IMG/VR virus record: IMGVR_UViG_3300046559_000446 | Location: 74,255 to 138,254 of that record | Source: a virus | DNA: 64,000 bases | Strand: one strand, 5' to 3' | Shown: in pieces, positions 44,101-53,700 of the stretch | How the letters are laid out: every line of letters starts with the position of its first letter | How positions within the stretch are numbered: position 1 is the stretch's first letter | Translations under genes and position numbers: made by a program | The notes under the pieces: generated by a model | What the model saw: the letters and a program-made list of their open reading frames with translations, nothing else | Told to the model about the DNA's origin: nothing | Databases searched by the model: none

Positions 44101-45404
44101 TATCCACTTTTTCCGATGCAGGCGCGTACGTAGGCAGTCCGTTTCTTATTGAGCGCGCCTCTGGTTACCTCCGGTTGAACGGCAACGGAGCCACTCCTAC
44201 CACAGCATCCCCTGCGCCTTTTGGTCACAGTCAGGTTGTGCTCAACAAGGCTGGATCGACAAAAGCATGCAATATTGTTGGTCAAAACAATGCTTTGCCT
44301 AGATGGGAAATTGATATTGGAGACACCACCGCAGAGAGTGGCAGCAATGCCGGATCTAATTTTGGCATAGCAAGGTTCAATGATGCTGGTGCAGGCATAG
44401 ACTATCCGTTCTCCATACTTCGTTCATCTGGGATTGCCACTTTTTCTAAAGCCGTAGTCGTACAAAGCTTCGACAATCTAGGTCAGCTTCGCCTTGTTGG
44501 CGGCAACTATGGCGCTGGCATACGCAATGATGGCGCAAGCTGCTACCTCTTGCAGACTGCGGTGAGCGACCAGTATGGGGCGTTCAGCACTGCCCGTCCG
44601 TTCTCGTGGAACCTGTCCAACGGCGCTGTTAATATCGATGGCGGCGCTGCTGGAACTACATTTGGCGGCGCAATATCTACATCAGGTCAAATATACACTA
44701 GCGGAAGCATAATAGGCAGCGGTATTTATGCTTCTGGCGGTCAGATGACCGTACAAACTAGCGGCGCTAACGGGTACATCAATCAATGCGACGCTTCTGG
44801 CAATGGCGGGCAGTTCAGAAACCTTACCATACGCGGGTTGGACGCTGGCTATTCTGGGCAAGTCAACTTGAGCGCGATAACCCTCGCTACGGCTCTTGTT
44901 ACGTCCAACGGGATTATTGACGCTACGAATGGTTTTCGGTGCCGCCTTGGCGCTCCCGGCGGCGCGCTGGGCGCAAACGTGTTCAGCTACTTCTGGAACA
45001 CCGACAACCATCTCTACGGCTCTGTGGACGCCACCAATCTGGGCTGGATCGCGTGGTCTTCCGACTACCGCATCAAGCGGGACATTGCGCCGCTGCCGTC
45101 GATGTGGGACCGCGTCAAGGCGCTGAAGCCGATCAGCTATTTCCATAAGGATTGGACGCCAGAATGGGAGGCGCCGAAAGAAAATGGCGATGCGCCCGAT
45201 CCACTGTTCAGGGACGATGGCGTAGAGAACTGGGGCTTCGTCGCGCACGAGCTTCAAGAGACGCTGATCCAGAGCGCGGCGACCGGCGTCAAAGATGAAG
45301 CCGGTCTGGTGCAGGCGCCCAACCCGTGGACGGTGATCGCGACGCTGACCAAGGCGCTGCAAGAGGCAATGGCGCGCATCGAGGCGCTGGAGGCAAGGCC
45401 ATGA
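41160..45404 (+). CDS. Long tail fibre 2 with repeats and a C-terminal S74 chaperone (GTG start)
   Basis: LATTAFV x3, GATTPSTG repeats, AESGSNAGSNF modules, SDYRIKRDI...GFVAHELQ. Confidence 0.9.
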   Translation: MSNVQIPNLPAAGALTGTEQLELVQAGVSVRATIAQIVTDAQVPTASDTLPGMDGGASAGVEVTYSRGDHIHPTDTSRYAASNPANYVTAAALGPYALIDSQAFTGTPSMPTGATGVTQAAADSSTKLATTAFVKAQGYQVASALGTMSTQNANSVAITGGAINGTTVGATTPSTGAFTNLSASGTVSGAGFTALLAPYALTANVPVASSTNPSMDGTVAIGVGTTWARADHVHPSDTSRYAASNPAGYQTAAQVTASLGPYALINSQVFTGTPSLPTGTIGVTQAPGDSSTKLATTAFVGAATTALGLGTMAAQNANSVAITGGAINNTAIGATTRSSGAFTTLAANGAATFTSSLTASPASANVTLSPTGTGTVIINPATAGSIDNTAVGATTPSTGKFTTLSATSINSTPIGPTTPSTGAFTTLSANGAATFTGSLTASPASANVTFSPTGTGTVTINPATLGHVDNTAVGATTPSTGAFTNLSATGTVSGAGFTTLLNPYALVNSQVFTGTPSLPTGTIGVTQATATNNTTLATTAFVKAQAYLTGNQTITHTGDATGSGTTSIPMTVVQLQGRPLAATAPATGNLMGWNGSTWGPVAAGAAAAGGTNGQIQYNNGGVLGGLTLNGTGNPVGTTSPTLAGSVVINGTALGSVAGNSQIVFSPGSTDTNGESLRTEIQRKSAGSDWSTAAWQIYRQVDSTKMGYIEFNSGSSKPIAFGNGVTEHAYFDSGKNLTIFGNVAATEVSYTNGVNPAVVLSKSASGGTSRIVGSMAGSPRWQEMLGDASAESGSNAGSNYGLQRYTDAGVLIDAPFAINRASGIATFSQGVAAASYTVNALAATDAALYLNKPASGRASTVYGQMAGSTRWGMNFGDSGAEATGNVGSDFGLARFDNTGAFIDNPLTINRATGAVTLNQTNSSGVLNLTATAGVWPQISLNKAASGVGAVVTGTKAGVARWQVSLGDQTAEGTANAGSNFTISTFSDAGAYVGSPFLIERASGYLRLNGNGATPTTASPAPFGHSQVVLNKAGSTKACNIVGQNNALPRWEIDIGDTTAESGSNAGSNFGIARFNDAGAGIDYPFSILRSSGIATFSKAVVVQSFDNLGQLRLVGGNYGAGIRNDGASCYLLQTAVSDQYGAFSTARPFSWNLSNGAVNIDGGAAGTTFGGAISTSGQIYTSGSIIGSGIYASGGQMTVQTSGANGYINQCDASGNGGQFRNLTIRGLDAGYSGQVNLSAITLATALVTSNGIIDATNGFRCRLGAPGGALGANVFSYFWNTDNHLYGSVDATNLGWIAWSSDYRIKRDIAPLPSMWDRVKALKPISYFHKDWTPEWEAPKENGDAPDPLFRDDGVENWGFVAHELQETLIQSAATGVKDEAGLVQAPNPWTVIATLTKALQEAMARIEALEARP

Positions 45405-46006
45405 CAATCGACAGAGAGTTTTTCTTCGACGCCGTCCGCGACGAACTGTTCAGCGGCGGGATGGCGCAGTCTCAGGTGGACGGCATGAACAATCTGCTCA
45501 ACATCTGGGAAGCCGACTATGCCGCCGCCAACCCGCGCGACGGCAAGATGTGGCTGTCCTACGGGCTGGCGACCGTGTACCACGAGAGCGCGCAGACCAT
45601 GCAGCCCATCGAGGAGTATGGCAAGGGCGAGGGCCACAGCTACGCCGACCCGGACGGCCCCTACGGCCAGTCCTATTACGGGCGCGGCCACGTCCAGTTG
45701 ACGTGGTTCGAAAACTACGAAAAGGGCGAGGCTGTCTTCAAGGAAAAATTCGACCGCAATGTGCCGATGGTCAAATACCCGCACCGCATGCTCGAGGAAG
45801 AGACGTCGGCGGTGATCCTGTTCGAAGGCATGATCGACGGCTGGTTTACCGGCGTCGGCCTGCCCGACTTCTTCAGCGCCGAAGAGGGCGAGGAAGATCC
45901 CTACAACGCCCGCAAGATCATCAACGGCCTCGACAAGGCCTCGACCATCGAGGGCTATTATTGGGTGTTCAAAGAGGCGATTCGAGATGCGGAAAGCAGT
46001 GTTTAA
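45401..46006 (+). CDS. Endolysin, GH19 chitinase/lysozyme-like
   Basis: LATVYHES...PIEEYG...YYGRGHVQLTW..NY...ARKIING. Confidence 0.88.
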   Translation: MTIDREFFFDAVRDELFSGGMAQSQVDGMNNLLNIWEADYAAANPRDGKMWLSYGLATVYHESAQTMQPIEEYGKGEGHSYADPDGPYGQSYYGRGHVQLTWFENYEKGEAVFKEKFDRNVPMVKYPHRMLEEETSAVILFEGMIDGWFTGVGLPDFFSAEEGEEDPYNARKIINGLDKASTIEGYYWVFKEAIRDAESSV

Positions 46007-46211
46007 TGGATCGGTCATCGTCGCCGTCCTGACTGCCGCAGCCAACGGCTCCATCGAGTGGCCGGGGGTTCTCGTCACGCCTGAACATATCGTGCAGATC
46101 CAGAAGGTGCTGTTCGCCGCGCTCAGTATTTGGGCGGTCGCATTGCCATTCATCTTGAAGGCGAGCAATGCTATTGATGATGCTGCCGTTAAAAAGGGAC
46201 CGCCGTCATGA
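45987..46211 (+). CDS. Holin candidate
   Basis: Two hydrophobic segments and a charged C-tail; overlaps the endolysin gene. Confidence 0.5.
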   Translation: MRKAVFNGSVIVAVLTAAANGSIEWPGVLVTPEHIVQIQKVLFAALSIWAVALPFILKASNAIDDAAVKKGPPS

Positions 46212-46984
46212 CGGGGATCAGCGAACCGCTCACCTATAACAGCTACGTCTCTGCCATCGCGACCCTTGCTGTCGTCCCGACGCAGGGAGACAGCGGTGGC
46301 GTGATGCATTTCACCGAGCCGAATCTCGATGGCGTCGTCCCACAGATGCTGAATTACGCGGAGCTTCGCATCCAGCGCGACCTTAATCACCTGGCGTCGC
46401 AGAAAATGCGCTCCTACGCGCTGGCGGATGGCTCCTGGGAATTGGACATCCCCTTCGATGATCTCGTCACCGTCCAAAACATCACTCTCGCGGGGGTGAC
46501 CGACACCACTGTTTTCTCCGCATTGACGCCGGTGTCGAAAGAGTTTTGGCAAACCGTTTACATTGATCCCGACTATACCGCCGTCCCGAAATATTTCACG
46601 CCTGTCGGCGGCGAGTTAAATCCGGCGGGCGCCACATATCACATTTACTCCATTATGCCGAAGCCAGATCAGCCGTATAAGGCTTATGTCACAGGCACCG
46701 CGCGCATGCCCTCGCTGTACATGAAAAAGAACTCTGAGCCTAACAGCGGAACAACCTTCATTTCGAGCCAGATGCCTGATCTTTTGCTGATGGCGAGCAT
46801 GGTGTTTTTGAGCGCGTACCAGCGCAACTTTAGCTCGGCAGGCTCCGATCCGCAGATGCCGATCAATTACGAGACGCAATACCAGACCCTGCTGAAGGGC
46901 GCGATGGTGGAGGAAATGCGGCGCCGCTTCTTGATGGTGCCAGGGTCGAGCGATGCGCCGTCGCCGGCGAATATGAAGGGCTGA
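46208..46984 (+). CDS. Tail/connector structural protein
   Basis: NYAELRIQRDL...P.PDQ.Y...T.IS...PDLLL.AS...YQTLL. Confidence 0.7.
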   Translation: MTGISEPLTYNSYVSAIATLAVVPTQGDSGGVMHFTEPNLDGVVPQMLNYAELRIQRDLNHLASQKMRSYALADGSWELDIPFDDLVTVQNITLAGVTDTTVFSALTPVSKEFWQTVYIDPDYTAVPKYFTPVGGELNPAGATYHIYSIMPKPDQPYKAYVTGTARMPSLYMKKNSEPNSGTTFISSQMPDLLLMASMVFLSAYQRNFSSAGSDPQMPINYETQYQTLLKGAMVEEMRRRFLMVPGSSDAPSPANMKG

Positions 46985-46987
46985 CCC

Positions 46988-49174
46988 ATGCCGCACCAGG
47001 TTCTCAAAGTCCAGCCCGGCGTCAACACCAACGAGACGCCTGTCCTGAACATGGCCGGCATTTCGGAATGCGACAAAATCCGCTTCAGGCAAGATCCAGC
47101 CGGCTTGGGCCTGGTCGAGAAGCTGGGCGGCTGGACGCGCTTCTACACCGGCGTTTTCGATTACGCCGTGCGCCATCTCTTCGTGTGGCAGGAAATCGAC
47201 ATCGACAAGTTCGTGGCTGTCGGGATGGCTGGCCTGGGCGGCGTCGAGCTTTTGCGGGCGCAGGATGAGCTTAATCCGATCACCGGTCTGCCCACGGGTT
47301 TCTCGACAGCGACGCCCAGCGGCGCCCTGCCTCTCACGCCGCTGTTCAGGAATACGGACGCTCCGAACACTACGATCCTGGTTTCGACCGTGGCCGGCAG
47401 TCCGTTCGTCTCCATAACCGATCCATCGCTCGACCAGATCCACACCACGGATTCGGTCTATTTCGCCACCCATGTCGCCGTCGGCGGCCTTGTCCTGTTC
47501 GGGCAATATGCGGTCTACGCGACGACGTCTTTCACCAGCTATCAGATCGTCGCGCGCACGGTGCTCGGCGCGCCGCAGGCGGCATCTACGACTGCGGGTT
47601 CGACAACCGCTGTTCCGCCGCTCTTCACCACGGCGACCAACAGTTATGAAATTACTGTCACGCTGCCGAAACACGGCTACGTGGTTGGTGATGTCTTCCC
47701 GCTGCTGATCGCCACCGCCGTCGCCAACATCACGCTCGCGCCGCGCGAGTACGAGATCCAGCGGATCACCGACGTGGATCACTTCGTCATCCTGGCGAAC
47801 GAGATCGCGACGTCAGGCGCGTCGGCCTATCCGAACGGCGGCAACTTCCGCCTGATTTATAATATCGGCGGCGCCCCCAGCAACATCATCAGCGGCTACG
47901 GCGCCGGCATTTACGGCGGCACGGCTGGAGACGGCGGCTATGGCCGAAACAGTGGCGGCGCGCCGACAGCGCCAGGAACGCCGGCCTCGGCCACGGATTG
48001 GAACTTCGACAACTGGGGCAGCATCCTGCTCGCCAGCCCCAGGAACGCCGTCGTCGATGGCATTCCGGTGTCTGGCATCTACCAGTGGGAGGATGAGACA
48101 GGCGCCAAGGTGCTCGCGGTGATCGCGGAGGCGCCGCCTTGCAATGATGGCTTTTTCGTCGGCATGCCGCAGCGCCAGATTATCACTTGGGGTTCCAGCT
48201 TCACCGGCATCCCAGACCCGCTGCTCGTCCGCTGGTGCGACGTCAACGATTACACCGTTTGGGCGGCGACGATCACCAACCAGGCCGGATCTTACCGCAT
48301 CCCGAAAGGCTCCAAGATCGTCGGCGCCCTCCAGGCCGCGCAGCAAGGCATCCTCTGGACCGATATCGGCGTCTGGTCGATGCAGTATATCGGCCAGCCC
48401 TACATCTACAGCTTCAATGAACTCGGCACTGGCTGCGGCATGCTTGCGCAGAAGGGGGCGGGGGCGGTCAATGGCGTGGTCTACTGGATCAGCCACCGCC
48501 AGTTCTTCATGCTGTCGGGGGCCGGCGTTCAACCAGTCCCGTGCCCCGTCTGGGACATCGTCTTTCAGAGCATCGACCGCCGTTATTATGACAACGTCCG
48601 GGTCGCGCCCAATTCGATGTTCAATGAGATCTCCTGGTTCTTCACCTCGGTCAATTCCCCAAATCACGAGAACGATTCCTACGTCAAGTTCAACTACGTG
48701 CTGAACGCCTGGGACTACGGCACGATTGCCCGCTCGGCATGGGTCAACCAAAGCGTCCTCGGCTCTCCGATGGGCGCGGGCGTCAGCCCGGAGGATGGTC
48801 AGATCCGCCTGTTCCAGCATGAGCGGACGCCCGACGCCGACGGTCAGCCAATGCACTCGTGGTTTGCGACCGGCTATTTTGCGATGGCGGAAGGCGACAG
48901 CAAGATTTTCGTCGATGAGATCTGGCCCGACATGAAGTGGGGCGCCTATGGCGTCACCAAGAATGCGACGGTCGATCTGACGTTCACGGCCAAGGATTTT
49001 CCCGCTCAAGACCCGCTGATGACGAACAGTTTTTCCTTCACGGTGGGATCGACTTACGTCACGCCGCGCCTTCGCGGGCGCTTGATGCAGGTGACCCTTG
49101 GGAGCAATGATCGCGGATCGTTCTGGCGCCTCGGCGGCATGCGGTATCGCGCAGCGCCAGACGGGAAATACTGA
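46988..49174 (+). CDS. Tail nozzle / tubular protein B-like (P22 gp10-type position)
   Basis: 728-aa beta-propeller-like protein; PLLVRWCD...WTD..VWSMQYIG..Y...P.PCPV.D.VF...E.SWFF..N.WDYG. Confidence 0.75.
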   Translation: MPHQVLKVQPGVNTNETPVLNMAGISECDKIRFRQDPAGLGLVEKLGGWTRFYTGVFDYAVRHLFVWQEIDIDKFVAVGMAGLGGVELLRAQDELNPITGLPTGFSTATPSGALPLTPLFRNTDAPNTTILVSTVAGSPFVSITDPSLDQIHTTDSVYFATHVAVGGLVLFGQYAVYATTSFTSYQIVARTVLGAPQAASTTAGSTTAVPPLFTTATNSYEITVTLPKHGYVVGDVFPLLIATAVANITLAPREYEIQRITDVDHFVILANEIATSGASAYPNGGNFRLIYNIGGAPSNIISGYGAGIYGGTAGDGGYGRNSGGAPTAPGTPASATDWNFDNWGSILLASPRNAVVDGIPVSGIYQWEDETGAKVLAVIAEAPPCNDGFFVGMPQRQIITWGSSFTGIPDPLLVRWCDVNDYTVWAATITNQAGSYRIPKGSKIVGALQAAQQGILWTDIGVWSMQYIGQPYIYSFNELGTGCGMLAQKGAGAVNGVVYWISHRQFFMLSGAGVQPVPCPVWDIVFQSIDRRYYDNVRVAPNSMFNEISWFFTSVNSPNHENDSYVKFNYVLNAWDYGTIARSAWVNQSVLGSPMGAGVSPEDGQIRLFQHERTPDADGQPMHSWFATGYFAMAEGDSKIFVDEIWPDMKWGAYGVTKNATVDLTFTAKDFPAQDPLMTNSFSFTVGSTYVTPRLRGRLMQVTLGSNDRGSFWRLGGMRYRAAPDGKY

Positions 49175-49584
49175 TGACAGCTTCTCTTGGCGACCTCCTC
49201 TCCGCAGCCAAAAACATCGCGCAGGCGATCAATGACGCGGCGCGGGCCTATGTCGGCGTCCAGGGTTCCCAGGTGTCGCTCACGCTAACGGCTCCTACGC
49301 AGGTCGTTCATGGCGCGGGACGGGTCGCCATGCTCAATGTGCATGCGGCGGGATCGACTTCAGGCAACCTTTGCGACACTACCGATGTCGGCAACAGCAA
49401 CAACCCCAAGCACATCATCGCCACGATTCCGATGAGCGTCGGCTTTTATTTTGTCAACACCACCTTCAACGATGGACTGCTCGTTTTGCCTGGGACGGGC
49501 CAGTCGGTCACCGTGACCTATTCGACCGGATCGGCGGCGGGCAACCAGTCGTCCTCCGCTGCCAACCAGGCGAGAGGACGCTGA
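49174..49584 (+). CDS. Virion structural protein
   Basis: 136 aa; jelly-roll-like GRVAML.V...G...F..GL.V.PG.GQ.V.V.Y. Confidence 0.65.
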   Translation: MTASLGDLLSAAKNIAQAINDAARAYVGVQGSQVSLTLTAPTQVVHGAGRVAMLNVHAAGSTSGNLCDTTDVGNSNNPKHIIATIPMSVGFYFVNTTFNDGLLVLPGTGQSVTVTYSTGSAAGNQSSSAANQARGR

Positions 49585-49585
49585 C

Positions 49586-50275
49586 ATGCCACTGATCAAA
49601 TCCGGATCCAAGGAGGCCGTCAGCCAGAATATCAGGACGGAGATCGGCGCCGGCAAGCCGCAGAAACAGGCGGTCGCCATCGCCCTCGATGTCGCGAGGC
49701 GCGCACGGGACGCCGGCGGCGGCATGCCGACGCTCTCAAAACTGGACACGCCGCCTGATGTTCCGAGCACGGTTCACGCGCACCTGTCGGCCAAGGTCCA
49801 CACCGGCCCGATCCACAGCGCGGTCGCGGGCCGCACCGATCACCTGCCCGTCCATGTTCCGAGCGGCAGCTATGTCATTCCCGCCGACGTCGTCAGCGGC
49901 ATGGGCGAAGGAAACACTAATGCCGGATTCAAGAACATCAAGCGGATGTTTGGTGGCCTGCCTCGTGGGGCCGGCGAGCAACCCTATGATCATAAAGGCG
50001 GACCTTATGGCGCTGGGTCTGCTCCCTATAACATCGATCCCAGCAAGCCCTATGGCGAACCGCTACCTAGTGGGCATGCTGCTGGCGGGAAAACCGGTAA
50101 GGATGTCAAGGTCGTTGTGGCAGGCGGCGAATACACGCTGACGCCTGAAGAGGTGATGGCGGCGGGCGACGGCGACCTGGATCGCGGCCACCGCGTTCTC
50201 GATGATTTTGTCAAACAAATGCGCGGCCACATCGTCAAGACGATGTCAAAGCTGCCTGGACCGAAGCGAGACTAG
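49586..50275 (+). CDS. Putative internal virion protein
   Basis: MPLIKSGSKEAVSQNI...KPQKQAVAIAL N-motif; two GEY-VIPADVV-type units; xxAGG motifs. Confidence 0.7.
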   Translation: MPLIKSGSKEAVSQNIRTEIGAGKPQKQAVAIALDVARRARDAGGGMPTLSKLDTPPDVPSTVHAHLSAKVHTGPIHSAVAGRTDHLPVHVPSGSYVIPADVVSGMGEGNTNAGFKNIKRMFGGLPRGAGEQPYDHKGGPYGAGSAPYNIDPSKPYGEPLPSGHAAGGKTGKDVKVVVAGGEYTLTPEEVMAAGDGDLDRGHRVLDDFVKQMRGHIVKTMSKLPGPKRD

Positions 50276-50279
50276 AGCA

Positions 50280-50783
50280 ATGAGCGACATACGAGTGAGA
50301 TACGGCGTTCCAGCCGACGTGCATAATTTCATGGACCTGACATCCATGTGCGCGGAAGAGAACGGGCTGCTCGCGGTGAACACCAGGAAAGTGCTGGAAG
50401 AGGTGTGGGCCAGCCTGAACTGGGACCACGGCGTGATCGGCGTGATCGAGGGTGACGAAGGCATGCTGGAGGCCGGCATCCTGCTCCGCGTGGACACCAC
50501 GCCTTATAGCGTCGAGGAAGTCCTGTGCGAACGCGCGATCTACGTGCGGCCAGAATTTCGCAAAGTGCAGCGCAGCCTTTATCAGGGCGGGCGCGCCAGC
50601 TATCTGTGCGAGTTCGCCAAGAACGCCGCCATGCGCCTCGAATTACCCCTCCTAATCAGTATTTTGTCAACGCACCGCGCTGCTGGTAAGGTGAGACTTT
50701 ACGAGCGGCATTTCGGGACGCCGGCGGGCGCCTATTGGCTTTGGAACGCGAAGACGGGCCATAAGCAAGAAGCTGCGGAGTAG
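50280..50783 (+). CDS. GNAT-family acetyltransferase-like protein
   Basis: VRYGVPADV...IYVRPEFRK...GRASYLCEFAK...LYER; precedes the ejection genes. Confidence 0.65.
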   Translation: MSDIRVRYGVPADVHNFMDLTSMCAEENGLLAVNTRKVLEEVWASLNWDHGVIGVIEGDEGMLEAGILLRVDTTPYSVEEVLCERAIYVRPEFRKVQRSLYQGGRASYLCEFAKNAAMRLELPLLISILSTHRAAGKVRLYERHFGTPAGAYWLWNAKTGHKQEAAE

Positions 50784-50788
50784 GCGTC

Positions 50789-53700
50789 ATGGGCGGCAAG
50801 ACACAGCAGGCTTCGTCTCAGGTCACGATACCGCCGGAAGTCCTGGCGCGCTATAACGCGGTCAACGCCAATGCGCAGCAAGTGGCGCAAACGCCCTTCC
50901 AGCAGTATTCGAGCGATCCGAACGCCTTCGTCGCGCCGATGACCACGGCCCAGAACATGGGCCTCCAACAGACCGCGAACTATGCCAACGCCGCGCAGCC
51001 CGGCTTGCAGACGGCGATGGGCATGACGCAAGGCGCGATGGGGTCAGCGAATCCGTGGGATCTGAACTCCGATCAGATCAACAAATACATGAACCCGTAC
51101 ACTCAGAACGTCACCAATCAAATGGGCGCTCTGATGAACCAGCAGGCCCAGACGGCGCAGTCGGGCCAACTGGGCAACGCCATCAAGACCGGCGCCTTTG
51201 GCGGCGACCGCAGCGGCATTGTGGCGGCGAACCTTCAGCAGCAGAATGCGCTGGCCTATGGCAACGCCATGGCGCCGGTGCTCCAGCAGGGCTACAACAC
51301 GGCGCTCCAGACCGCCACGGGGCAGCAGGCGCTCGATCTGCAAGCGCAGCAGGCCAACCTGGCGCGGCAGATGCAGGGTGCGGGCCAGTACGGCCAATTG
51401 GCCGGCGCGCAGCAGCAGGCGGGCCTCGCCGGCGCGCAGGCGATGATGGGCGCGGGCCAGGTGCAGCAGCAGACCCAGCAAGCGGGCCTCACTTCGCTCT
51501 ACAATCAATTCCAGCAGCAGCAGTCTTATCCGTTCCAGACGGCGCAATTCATGGCGAATATTGCGGAGGGCACCGGTTCGCTGTCGGGCCAGACGACGAA
51601 CTCCACCCAGCAGGCGCCGTTCTTCTCCGACCGCAAGTTGAAGGAAAACATCAAGCGAATCGGCACCGCCAAGAACGGTCTGCCGATCCACAGCTTCAAC
51701 TACAAGGATGATCCGGAAAAGCTCACCCGCCTCGGCTTCATGGCCGACGAGGTCGAGAAGAAACATCCGGAGGCGGTGGGCCTGGCCGGCGGCTATAAGA
51801 CCGTCGATCACGAGAAGGCGATGAAGAGCGCCGGCGGCAGCGTCACTGACTTCGACCAGGGTCGAGCCTATGATCGCGGCGGCTTCGACCTCGGCGGCGC
51901 TGCCAGCACCTATGACCCGTCCTGGCAGTCTGTCGCCCAGCGGCACATGGCGGGGTTGCAGGGTCAGCAGCAGGGCAGCGGCAGCACTTTGTACGGCGGC
52001 AAGAGCCGTCACGTTCCAACGACGTCTGGCGCTCGCTACAGCCTGCCGAATGCGCCTGGCATGCCGGCGGCAAAGCCGTCAGGTCTGAACCAGGCTGTCG
52101 GAACGGCGCAGGCGACCGTGGGCCTCGGCCAATCGCTTGGCGACGCCTATAATAAGTACACCGGCAAGGATCAGCCTGCCGCCACGACCACCGCGCCTGC
52201 TGCTGGCGGTGCGCCTGCCACGCCTGCCGCGCCTGTGGTGGCGAACAAAGCGCCTGGCACACCCGATCAACCCGACGTCACATATTTGCGCCGTGGCGGG
52301 TTGGCCACCGGCGGCAGCGAGCCTGTCGTCATCGCTGCGGCGCCGCCTGCCGCCGTCGCTTCATCTCAGGGCCTCGCGGCGCCTGGCGTTGCCGATGTCG
52401 TTACGCCGACGGCTCAGTACCAAGAAGGATTGGGCAAGGCCCAAGATGCGCAAGTGCGCGCGAACGACATTCAGCAGGCTGACCGCGACGCAGCAGCGAA
52501 GGCTGGCATGTCGTTCAAGCCCGACTGGGACAATGGTTTCCTGGCGCAAGCCGATCTGGCCCGTTCGATGGGCGTCTATGGATCGCTGAACGGCTATCAC
52601 GACCCAACCCATGGCGGGTCGTATCTCGGTTTCGCGGATGGCGGCGCGGCCAGCACGGATGAATACAAAGCCCCCGATCCGAACGCCACTCAGGACACGA
52701 CGAAGCAAAACATTCCGGACGTGCATTCAACCTACAAGTTGCCCGATCCGCCCAAGCCGCCAGGCGGCAGTGGAAAGAGCGGAGCCGGCCAGGCGCTGGG
52801 CGCCGCCAAATCGCTTATGGGCCTCGCTTCCCTCATTCCCGGCGTCGGCGCCGTCACTGCTCCCCTTGGCGCCGTAATGGGCGCGGGCGAGGCGTTGGCC
52901 GGCGCCAGCGGCGGTCTGATGGTCGCTGGCCGGCGCCGCAAGCGCAAGGGCCTGGCCGCTGGCGGTCAGGGCGAGGGCGTCGATTACATGAGCGAAGGTG
53001 CGCAGGGGCGTACATACGATGACCCAGAGCAGCAAACTGCCCTTAATCTGGATCGCATTAAGGATCTTGAGGGCGAGAACAGTCAAACCGGTCTGGGCGG
53101 TAAGGGCAATAGCGTAGACAACATGAGCGAGGCCAATCAAGGTCGCATGGCCCCGAATGATACAGAAGCGCAAGACGCATGGCGATTGGAGCATATTCCG
53201 CGCGAAGATTTGCACAAGGAAGTACCGCCGGAAAGGTTGGCAAAACTATTCCCGCCGACGCAGGAAACGCCGCCTCCAGGTGTGCTTGGCCCGTGGTCGA
53301 GCCAATCCGCGTCTGCTTCTGTTCCTAATTCGGGCGAGCGGCTGCTCAACACGCAGCCAACTACGCGCGATGCCCAGACTGGCGCGGCGCCGGTCGAAGG
53401 GTCTGGTTTCGACAAGCCGCTCAATCTCGGAAGCGGGCAGCTATATCAAAGGCCACCGGATGTTCCGGCCACGCCTGAACAGGCTGCGGCGGCGAATGCG
53501 TTGCGCAGATCTCCTGAAGCTGCCGCGCTTGCAGGCGCGGAGGAAGCGCGTCAAGGCAAGGCGGCGGATGCTGTAGCACGGGAGAAGGATTATCAGGCGC
53601 GTCATGCGCAATCGTGGACGGATTCGCTGACGGGCGTGAAGCCTGATCTGGCGCCTGAAACACCTGAAGAAGAGAAGGCCCGCTTCGCCCGCTACGATTC

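Noticed and set aside
45987-46984. Rz/Rz1 spanin pair next to the endolysin
   Set aside because: I could not identify a lipobox-bearing nested ORF or a TM-plus-coiled-coil i-spanin.
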